From Eledone cirrhosa (Eukaryota): a stretch of 64,000 nucleotides of DNA. The DNA lies in assembly GCA_964016885.1 (NCBI GenBank), contig OZ024740.1:418438001-418502000 (forward strand). Direction: 5' to 3'. The position numbers were made by a program, and so were the translations under genes. Of the stretch, positions 45,415-54,800 are shown piece after piece. A model generated the notes under the pieces. That model saw only the letters and a program-made list of their open reading frames with translations. It had not been told where the DNA came from and did not search any database. The stretch's first letter is position 1. The number at the start of each line of letters is the position of its first letter.

Positions 45415-45752
45415 AATCACAAATACAAGCAGCTGAAATGAGGTTCCTCCAAAGGTGTAATGTTACTCGATAGAATGCATAGCACAGCAAACAGAAGGAT
45501 TCGCTCCAGGTAAAGCCATACTTCTTTAAATTGAGAGAACACATCACATGGACATGTGGTTATCATGTTTCAGGAAAGAATCACTGGACAGATTTTATGT
45601 GAAAAACCAACCGGTAAAAGATCCAGAGGTAGACCCCGATAACATCCATGAACTTGGCTGGCCTCGCTTTGGGATCCAGCCAGATCAGTTTAAAACAGTT
45701 GCTTCTGACAGGACCCGCTGGAAGGAGTATTTGAGGACTCTGCCCCCATTTC
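45415..45752 (+). mobile_element. Degenerate 3' end of an RTE-clade LINE
   Basis: With frameshifts it reads QIQAAEMRFLQR...GHVVIMFQERITGQILCEKPTGKRSRGRPR...LGWPRFGIQP...VASDRTRWKEYLRTLPP. Confidence 0.8.
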
Positions 45753-45813
45753 TTTAGATTATTAAAAACATTAAAAACATATATTTTGAAAGTGGCATAA
45801 AAAGTAGACTTAC

Positions 45814-45924
45814 CCATCTTGGCAAGAAGAGCTGCAATGGCTTGCTGGTCAGCTCCAGCATGGACTGCACTCAGTTCAGTAGTTACTGGCAAACACAGTG
45901 TATGAACTCTTATCCTTCGTTCTC
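45814..45924 (-). CDS. SEC24A/B: Sec24A/B-like exon E
   Basis: ATAG acceptor and GTAAG donor; 111 nt, phase 1-1; (G)ERRIRVHTLCLPVTTELSAVHAGADQQAIAALLAKM. Confidence 0.97.
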
Positions 45925-46043
45925 CTATAAGACAAAAATAACATCAATTAGAAACAAATATAAGATATATAATTAAAACTAGCAAAACTGCAACAAGATA
46001 TTAAAAAAATGAAAAGTGAGCAGAAGTTAAATATAGAACAAGA

Positions 46044-46385
46044 ACATGTCTGTACCAGCGCAGTCTTCTCTCTTGCACACTACTGGGTTTAAGTGGAATC
46101 TGAAGTGGTGTGTAAGAGAGAAGACTGCGTTGGTACGGACATGTGGAATGTGCATAGATGATAGTCGTTGGGTGAAGAGGTGCCAGGAGATTGCAGTGGA
46201 GGGAAGCCACAGTAGAGGTTGATCAAGGAAAACCTGGGCAGAGATAGTGAGAACTGATCTCAAATCACAGACTCACAGAGATGACAAAGGAATGTGGCAA
46301 GTGGAAAGATGCTGTGCTGAGAAAGGACCTGTCCATCCCATGCAAGCTAGGGAAAATGAATGTAAAAAACATTGATAATAATGAG
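46044..46385 (+). mobile_element. RTE LINE 3' fragment with a 5' inverted duplication
   Basis: ERRLRWYGHV...DDSRWVKRCQEIAVEG..RG*SRKTWAEIVRTDL, then the tail CCCATGCAAGC..GGAAAATGAATGTAAAA. 46044-46084 is the reverse complement of 46104-46144. Confidence 0.82.
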
Positions 46386-46414
46386 CAAAACTAATAATTA
46401 AGGTAATTATTTAC

Positions 46415-46588
46415 CTTTGCTAGATGTGTATAAAAGAGCAGCTTGGAAACAAGCAGTATTGCTGTCATTTAAAGATTCTTCAATTGACATTTGCATTCCA
46501 AATCCTGCATCAGGATTGATATTTGGAAGTGAGAGAAGATCTGTTGAGCGGACAAAGAAGTTTCCATGGAAAGTATGGATACTGAGAC
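46415..46588 (-). CDS. SEC24A/B: Sec24A/B-like exon D (beta-sandwich)
   Basis: GCAG acceptor and GTAAA donor; 174 nt, phase 1-1; (G)LSIHTFHGNFFVRSTDLLSLPNINPDAGFGMQMSIEESLNDSNTACFQAALLYTSSK. Confidence 0.98.
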
Positions 46589-46780
46589 CTGCAAATCAAA
46601 TGAAAAAATATTTTAAGTATTACCAATAAAATAAATATATAATTAAAACAAATCTAGATAAAAATTGATTTTTTTAAAATTAACAACAATAGGAAAATAT
46701 TAATTTTTTTCCAAATATTTAAATAAAATAAGAGAAATATAATTTTAAAATGAATAAAAGGAATTTAAAGGAAAAACAAC

Positions 46781-47072
46781 TCAACTCTTTCATGACTGCA
46801 TTTCTAATAAAATACTCTGTTTCAATTAATTAATGAAGAATGTTGAGGGATTTACTAAAATTATTAATTATTTCATTACTAAGATAGTAACTTAATGTAA
46901 GTGAAATTATGTTGGAAGATTTTAATTTAAATTGGGTGACTTTATTTCATAGAACCAGAGCCGGTTTTGGCTGGATTAGTAACTAAAGGGTTACATAGGA
47001 ACCCTTTAAAATGGGTGGTTATGTTTCATAGAACCAGAACCAGTTTGGGCCAGGTTGGTAACTAAAGGTTAA
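46781..47072. mobile_element. TTAA-type MITE, copy 1, with a duplicated right end
   Basis: Similar to 47308-47825. The right end ...GTAACTAAAGGGTTA occurs at about 46993 and again at about 47072. Confidence 0.6.
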
Positions 47073-47077
47073 CTTAC

Positions 47078-47236
47078 CTCTGGTGCAACGGATTCTCATC
47101 ACAGCCTCAAAGCCAATTTTACGGTAAAGATAACGTGCAAAGTCAGACTCAAATTTATCAGTCGCAGAAGGATTCCTAGCAGCATGGAATGATGGGTAAT
47201 GGTACAAACAGCCAGCTGAATATTTGGATGCACAAG
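47078..47236 (-). CDS. SEC24A/B: Sec24A/B-like exon C
   Basis: TCAG acceptor and GTAAG donor; 159 nt, phase 1-1; (A)CASKYSAGCLYHYPSFH...RYLYRKIGFEAVMRIRCTR. Confidence 0.98.
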
Positions 47237-47307
47237 CTGAAATTAAAATAGAAGCAGTTGTTTAAGTAGACGTACAATGAAAGGAATTATTATTTCTTCG
47301 TCTATCT

Positions 47308-47827
47308 CTTAACCCTTCCATGGCCGTATTTCTAATGAAATACTAGTCTCTGAAGTCTGTCTTGACCTCGGAGGCTCATCTGGCAGGTGCTTATCTTGGT
47401 TTCATGGTGTGAAGCGACTGAGAGAACAAGACTCCCCCCTGGACAGGATGCTAGCCCATTGCAGGGTTCAACCTGCAGCTATTGCTGGTACTCATTTTCA
47501 GCTGAGTAAACTGGAGCAGTGAGAAATGAAGTGCTTTGCTCAAGAACACAACACACAATCCAGCCCAGGAATTGAACCCACAATATTATGATCGTAAGTC
47601 CAACTCCCTTACCACTTGCCTCCACTCTATTTTAATTAATTAATGAAGAATTTTGAGGGATTTACTAAAACTATTAATTATTTCATTACTAACCTAGAAA
47701 CTTAATGTAAAGTTCTTATATAAAATTATGTTGGAAGATTTTAATACAAATTGGAAACCTTTAAAATGGGTGGCTTTATTTCATAGAACCAGAACTGATT
47801 TTGGCTGGGTTGGTAACTAAGGAATAA
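47308..47827. mobile_element. TTAA-type MITE, copy 2, interrupted by a nested SINE
   Basis: TTAACCCTTCCATGGCCGTATTTCTAATGAAATACT [insert] CTATTTTAATTAATTAATGAAGAA... is collinear with copy 1. Confidence 0.6.
47370..47625 (-). mobile_element. tRNA-derived SINE (family C-related, with a V-domain-like segment)
   Basis: The minus strand shows the B box GGTTCAATTCCTG, GTGTTCTTGAGCAAAGCACTT and AACCCTGCAATGGGCTAGCATCCTGTCCAGGGGGGAG. Confidence 0.7.
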
Positions 47828-48079
47828 AGGATTAGCTCTTCTTGTGGATATCTATGAAACTAAATGTTTAATGTTTAGCTATCGTTTTATTATGTCAACT
47901 ATATTTTACAAACAGAAGTTATACAATGATGGAAATATTAAAAACGGATAAAAATAAAATTAAGTAATGAAAAAACAAGGGGAAAGGGTAAAGAAGAGCA
48001 GATCTGGTTGTATAGGAAAGTAGAGGAAAGGACTATAAATGCCATAAATGGGATTCTAATATTTTTAGAGAATATTATC

Positions 48080-48625
48080 ACCCTGTAAGGTGGTCGCGCT
48101 CATGACACAACAGAAATCATCCAGTCCACTCTGTAGGGTGGGCGTGCAGGTGACAACAAAAAGCACCCAGTCCACCCTTTATGGTGGTCATGCTGGTGAC
48201 ACAACAAGAGGCAACGAGTCAATCTTATAAAGTGGTCGTGCTGGTGACGTGACAAAAAGCACCCAGTAAACCTTATAAGGTGGTCGTGCTGGTGACACGA
48301 CAAAAAGCACCAGGTCAACCTTATAAGGTAGTTGCGCTGGTGACACGACAGAAAGCACCCAGTCCACCCTGTAAGATGGTCGTGCTGGTGACATGATAAA
48401 AAGAACCCAGTCTACCCTGTTAAGTGGTTGTTTCGGTGCTATGATAAAAAGTATCCAGTACACACTGTAACATGGTTGACATTAGGAAGGGCATCCAGCT
48501 GTAGAAACCAATCCCAAATACAGATCTCTATGAGCAAGACATGGTCACCAGACCTGAATTTTCTCATAACATGACAACCTGTCAAACCCATGCAAGCTTG
48601 GAAAATGGACATTAAATGATGATAA
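48080..48625 (+). mobile_element. SINE family A whose head is expanded into about 8 diverged 48-bp tandem units
   Basis: Unit about ACCCTGTAAGGTGGTCGTGCTGGTGACACGACAAAAAGCACCCAGTCC at 48080-48460, followed by the family A body and a (GAT)n tail. Confidence 0.8.
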
Positions 48626-48695
48626 CAATGATTGTTATACAAAGTTGAAAACCTAAAATACTAGTTATGTAATCTATAATATTAAATATACTCAC

Positions 48696-48819
48696 CAACA
48701 GTGGCGATATCAGCATACTGAGTATTTAACATGAATAAATCAATAGCAACTTGTTGAGCAGAACAGTCCAAAGCAAGTTTTTTGTAAAAATCTGTCGCTG
48801 GACCAAGATTTGGAATATT
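48696..48819 (-). CDS. SEC24A/B: Sec24A/B-like exon B (trunk/vWA domain)
   Basis: TTAG acceptor and GTGAG donor; 124 nt; NIPNLGPATDFYKKLALDCSAQQVAIDLFMLNTQYADIATV. Confidence 0.97.
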
Positions 48820-49189
48820 CTAAAACACATTAAAACAAATAATAGTGACAGTAAGTAACAGCTTAGATAAAGTACCATATATATTATATTATAAGCTGCC
48901 CCCATCCCACCACTATTTTTATGTTGTGCCGTATGTAGCGCCCCTATGACTATTTCACGGGTTATGGGATTAAGAAGAACTGTGTTTTGCAACATTCATC
49001 ATTTTTTCCATTAACTAGAAAATTAATGTTTATAATTATCCCATTCAATATCCTAACATTTTTGTTGGTCTATTTTGCTCCAATTTCTATAATCTATATT
49101 CATTCAGGTGTCTCACAAAACCCTTTAATAATCAGTCATCTACTTAACTCACTTTAACATTTTTGATTTCAAAGAATTGAAAATTTTAC

Positions 49190-49446
49190 CTTGTTTGATT
49201 TAGTAATGTCTTCTCTAACTTGAAGTGAACCAGGTCCTGCTGATGGCAAGCACGTTTGGAACACAGTAATTCTTCCGCCGGTTGGACTAAGAAGTTTATA
49301 CGAAGCTTCTAAAGTAGCTCCTAATGCATTACCAGTTTCCATATTGTTTGCAAAAAGTTCAGGTAGTTGTTGTAACAGGTCTTGCACAAGGTCATGACTT
49401 TCATGTAAATTCACTAACAAACTGTCAGGTAATGGAAGGAAAATAT
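49190..49446 (-). CDS. SEC24A/B: Sec24A/B-like exon A (trunk domain); more upstream exons are not visible in this window
   Basis: GTAG acceptor and GTAAA donor; 257 nt; (D)IFLPLPDSLLVNLHES...LSPTGGRITVFQTCLPSAGPGSLQVREDITKSNK. Confidence 0.97.
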
Positions 49447-49828
49447 CTACAAAAATAAAATAAAAAAGTCAATTTAAACCTTAAAAAATAGAAAAAAAAA
49501 AACAAAACATTTTTATTTATACAAAGTAAATTAGAAAACCTTTTTACCAAGGACAAGGATATTTTGTCAATCAAAAATATATATCATGTTGATCGTTCTT
49601 GTTGATGAAAATATTTTCTTAAATCTTACCTTACTTCAACTACAAAGGAGAGATCCTGGATATTTGAAGTATCAATGGACTTTATATTGAGAATTTAAGA
49701 CTCGAGATTAATTAAGTTAAAACTATGTTCATTATTAATTTGTTTTATTTAGTTTATATTTCTGCTATTCTTTCAATGTATCTGCTAGGTTACACAACCA
49801 TTAAAACTACATAAAGTTGTATCAATGG

Positions 49829-50650
49829 TATCATCATCATCATTTAACGTCCCTGTTCCACGCTTGCATGGGTTTGGACCGGGGTTTTCCCACTTGAGGC
49901 AAGAGTGGTTGTCTTGCTCGCATAGGACTGTCTGGCGGGTTTTCTACAGCTGGATGCCCTTCCTAACACCAACCACATTTACAGTGTGGGGCTGGGAGGT
50001 TTTTACCATGTTGCCTACATGGCCACATTACAGCGTGGACTGTCTGGCGGGTTTTCTACGGCTGGATGCCCTTCCTAACACCAACCACATTTACAGTGTG
50101 GGACTGGGAGGTTTTTACTGTGTTGCCTACACGGTCAGATTACAGCGTGGACTGTCTGGCGGGTTTTCTACGGCTGGATGCCCTTCCTAACACCAACCAC
50201 ATTTACAGTGTGGGGCTGGGAGGTTGTTACTGTGTTGCCTACACGGCCACATTACAGCGTTGACTGTCTGGCGTGTTTTCTACGGCTGGATGCCCTTCCT
50301 AACACCAACCACATTTACAGTGTGGGACTGGGAGGTTTTTACTGTGTTGCCTACACGGTCAGATTACAGCGTGGACTGTCTGGCGGGTTTTCTACGGCTG
50401 GATGCCCTTCCTAACACCAACCACATTTACAGTGTGGGGCTGGGAGGTTGTTACCGTGTTGCCTACACGGCCACATTACAGCGTGGACTGTCTGGCGTGT
50501 TTTCTACGGCTGGATGCCCTTCCTAACACCAACCACATTTACAGTGGGGGCTGGGAGGTTTTTACACGGTCACATTACAGCGTGGACTGTGTTTTTTTGT
50601 CGTGACACCTACACGATCTCGTTTGTTTCGGCCTGGATGTTGTGGCACCA
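49829..50650 (-). repeat. Inverted SINE family A copy containing a 112-bp tandem repeat x6
   Basis: (CAT)n tail at 49831-49843. GCTGGATGCCCTTCCTAACACCAACCACATTTACAG recurs at about 49949, 50061, 50173, 50285, 50397 and 50509. Confidence 0.9.
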
Positions 50651-51016
50651 ACATAACTTTGCATTGAAGGGGGCGGTGTGGATGGGGTGGGACGGGGGTG
50701 TATGGTATATCAAAATATAAAGCTAGAATGTTCCTAGTCTGTGTGTTGTTTACGAAATTCAAAATGAAGCAATTGAAGCATTCATAGAAATTACCTAGTA
50801 AAAATAAAAGTAAACAAATTTAATTTGGTTTAGATTAGGCACACCATATCTCACACCATGTACAAGGGGACTGAAAGGATTGGTGCCAGGTAGGGCATAG
50901 AGCTATGAAACATTGCCTAAAAGAGGGACACCATGATGAGTATGAAGCTTGTTACAGGACTAGCCCTTGCTTCAGCAGGAAAAATGACCTTAAAACATAT
51001 GTATAATATTTAAGTC

Positions 51017-51237
51017 TTAACCCTTTAGCATTTACTCTATATATACTATTATATTTTCACCATAAAGGCTTTATCTCACATAATTATCTGATATAATATA
51101 GAATCTATCAGATTTTGATATTTATTTTGAGAACAATACCTTAACATAAGTATGAGCAGCCGCTTACAGCCGGTTTGAACAGAAAGAGGTGAGAAAATGT
51201 TGGCCGGATATGGCCGGTTTAAATGCTAAAGAGTTAA
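51017..51237. mobile_element. piggyBac-like MITE (TTAA flanks, CCC termini)
   Basis: TTAACCCTTTAGCATTT ... AAATGCTAAAGAGTTAA: a 17-bp inverted match with 1 mismatch, including TTAA. Confidence 0.75.
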
Positions 51238-51329
51238 ACATATGAAATTGTTAAAATCTTTTTACACTTCCAAATTTCAGAATGTTATCCTATTTTCAAA
51301 CAGTAGAGGACCAGTTATAATGTTTTCGT

Positions 51330-51396
51330 TAGATGTGTATAAAAGAGCAGCTGGAAAGAGGCAGAACTTTCATTTAAAGATTCTTCAAGAGACACA
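51330..51396 (-). pseudogene. Diverged duplicate of the 3' part of Sec24 exon D
   Basis: TAGATGTGTATAAAAGAGCAGC and TCATTTAAAGATTCTTCAA are identical to segments within 46421-46483. It encodes VSLEESLNESSASFQ versus MSIEESLNDSNTACFQ. Confidence 0.8.
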
Positions 51397-51540
51397 TATC
51401 TATGTTCTGAAACCAAAATAAACCTCACATGGTCAACTTTGATATTCATCCCAGCAACATAAGTAAAATACCAGGCATATACTAGGGTAGATTCAATCAA
51501 CTACCTTCCTATAACAGGCTTGTGTCAATGTAAGAAATCA

Positions 51541-51612
51541 AACCCAATTAAAACAGTATGGATTAAACCCCATTAAAACAGTGTGGATAACACCCCATTA
51601 AAACAGTATGAA
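51541..51612. repeat. About 24-bp tandem repeat x3
   Basis: CCC(A)ATTAAAACAGT(A/G)TG(G/A)AT occurs three times. Confidence 0.8.
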
Positions 51613-51861
51613 TCAAGAAAAAGAAATACTTTGAAAAAATATAAAATACTTATGACTTATTTTTTGCCATTACCACATAAGAAAGACATGAGCAGATGTG
51701 GAAGTACATCTGTGTCAAACAATGATGTATAAGAAAAATACAGAAAACCATTAAGGGATAATGGTAAAGATGTAGGTTCTAAAATCCAATACAATCCATT
51801 CCAAATCTCATGTTGGAGGAACCCCTCCCTGGTTGACCTCCACTACTTTCTGTTTGGTTTT

Positions 51862-54800
51862 GGTCATGTCAGGGGTGTAGCCGTACTCACTACACTTGGT
51901 TAATTGTGGTCATGTCAGGGGTGTAGCTGTACTGACCACACTTGGTCAATTGTGGTCATGTCAGTGGTGTAGCTGTACTGACCACACTTGGTCAATTGTG
52001 GTCATGTCAGGGGTGTAGCCGTACTGACCACACTTGGTTAATTGTGGTCATGTCAGGGGTGTAGCCGTACTCACTACACTTGGTTAATTGTGGTCATGTC
52101 AGGAGTATAGCTGTACTGACCACACTTGGTCAATTGTGGTCATGTCAGGGGTGTAGCTGTACTGACCACACTTGGTTAATTGTGGTCATGTCAGGGGTGT
52201 AGCTGTACTGACCACACTTGGTTAATTGTGGTCATGTCAGGGGTGTAGCTGTACTGACCACACTTGGTCAATTGTGGTCATGTCAGGGGTGTAGCTGTAC
52301 TGACCACACTTGGTCAATTGTGGTCATGTCAGGAGTGTAGCTGTACTGACCACACTTGGTTAATTGTGGTCATGTCAGGGGTGTAGCTGTACTGACCACA
52401 CTGGGTTAATTGTGGTCATGTCAGGGGTGTAGCTGTACTGACCACACTGGGTTAATTGTGGTCATGTCAGGAGTATAGCTGTACTGACCACACTTAGTCA
52501 ATTGTGGTCATGTCAGGGGTGTAGCTGTACTGACCACACTTGGTCAATTGTGGACATGTCAGGGGTGTAGCTGTACTGACCACACTTGGTCAATTGTGGT
52601 CATGTCAGAGGTGTAGCTGTACTGACCACACTTGGTCAATTGTGGACATGTCAGGGGTGTAGCTGTACTGACCACACTTGGTCATTTGTGGACATGTCAG
52701 GGGTGTAGATGTACTGACCACACTTGGTCAATTGTGGTCATGTCAGGAGTGTAGCTGTACTGACCACACTTGGTTAATTTGGACATGTCAGGAGTGTAGC
52801 TGTACTGACCACACTTAGTCAATTGTGGTCATGTCAGGGGTGTAGCTGTACTGACCACACTTGGTCAATTATGGTCATGTCAGGAGTGTAGCTGTACTGA
52901 CCACACTTGGTTAATGTGGACATGTCAGGAGTATAGCTGTCCTGACCACACTTGGTCAATTGTGGTCATGTCAGGAGTGTAGCTGTACTGACCACACTTG
53001 GTCAATTGTGGTCATGTCAGGAGTGTAGCTGTACTGACCACACTTGGTTAATGTGGACATGTCAGGAGTGTAGCTGTACTGACCACACTTGGTCAATTGT
53101 GGTCATGTCAGGGGTGTAGCTGTACTGACCACACTTGGTCAACTGTGGTCATGTCAGGGGTGTAGCCGTACTGACCACACTTGGTCAATTGTGGTCATGT
53201 CAGGGGTGTAGCTGTACTGACCACACTTGGTCAATTGTGGTCATGTCAGGGGTGTAGCTGTACTGACCACACTTGGTCAATTGTGGTCATGTCAGTGGCG
53301 TAGCTGTACTGACCACACTTGGTCATTTGTGGACATGTCAGGGGTGTAGCTGTACTGACCACACTTGGTCAATTGTGGTCATGTCAGTGGCGTAGCTGTA
53401 CTGACCACACTTGGTCATTTGTGGACATGTCAGGGGTGTAGCTGTACTGACCACACTTGGTCAAGTGTGGTCATGTCAGGAGTGTAGCTGTACTGACCAC
53501 ACTTGGTTAATGTGGACATGTCAGGAGTGTAGCTGTACTGACCACACTTGGTTAATTTGGACATGTCAGGAGTGTAGCTGTACTGACCACACTTAGTCAA
53601 TTGTGGTCATGTCAGGGGTGTAGCTGTACTGACCACACTTGGTTAATTGTGGTCATGTCAGGGGTGTAGCTGTACTGACCACACTTGGTCAATTGTGGTC
53701 ATGTCAGGGGTGTAGCTGTACTGACCACACTTGGTTAATTTGGACATGTCAGGAGTGTAGCTGTACTGACCACACTTAGTCAATTGTGGTCATGTCAGGG
53801 GTGTAGCTGTACTGACCACACTTGGTTAATTGTTGTTATGTCAGGGGTGTAGCTGTACTGACCACACTTGGTCAATTGTGGTCATGTCAGGGGTGTAGCT
53901 GTACTGACCACACTTGGTCAATTGTGGTCATGTCAGGGGTGTAGCTGTACTGACCACACTTGGTCAATTGTGGTCATGTCAGGAGTATAGCTGTCCTGAC
54001 CACACTTGGTCAATTGTGGTCATGTCAGGGGTGTAGCTGTACTGACCACACTTGGTCAATTGTGGTCATGTCAGGGGTGTAGCTGTACTGACCACACTTG
54101 GTCAATTGTGGTCATGTCAGGGGTGTAGCTGTACTGACCACACTTGGTCAATTGTGGTCATGTCAGGGGTGTAGCTGTACTGACCACACTTGGTCAATTG
54201 TGGTCATGTCAGTGGTGTAGCTGTACTGACCACACTTGGTCAATTGTGGTCATGTCAGGAGTGTAGCTGTACTGACCACACTTGGTTAATGTGGACATGT
54301 CAGGAGTGTAGCTGTACTGACCACACTTGGTCAATTGTGGTCATGTCAGGAGTGTAGCTGTACTGACCACACTTGGTCAATTATGGTCATGTCAGGAGTG
54401 TAGCTGTACTGACCACACTTTGTTAATGTGGACATGTCAGGAGTATAGCTGTCCTGACCACACTTGGTCAATTGTGGTCATGTCAGGAGTGTAGCTGTAC
54501 TGACCACACTTGGTTAATGTGGACATGTCAGGAGTATAGCTGTCCTGACCACACTTGGTCAATTGTGGTCATGTCAGGAGTGTAGCTGTACTGACCACAC
54601 TTGGTTAACGTGGACATGTCAGGAGTGTAGCTGTACTGACCACACTTGGTGAATTGTGGTCATGTCAGGAGTGTAGCTGTACTGACCACACTTGGTCAAT
54701 TGTGGTTGTCAGGAGTGTAGCTGTACTGACCACACTTGGTCAATTGTGGTCATGTCAGGGGTGTAGCTGTACTGACCACACTTGGTTAATTGTGGTCATG

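Noticed and set aside
49625-49645. Possible micro-exon (TTGTAG|TTGAAGTAAG|GTAAG on minus)
   Set aside because: It is 10 nt long, would break the frame, and has no similarity to the expected upstream Sec24 sequence.
49825-50720. Overlapping repeat ORFs (MPFLTPTTF...)
   Set aside because: They are translations of the SINE-derived 112-bp tandem, whose period is not a multiple of 3.
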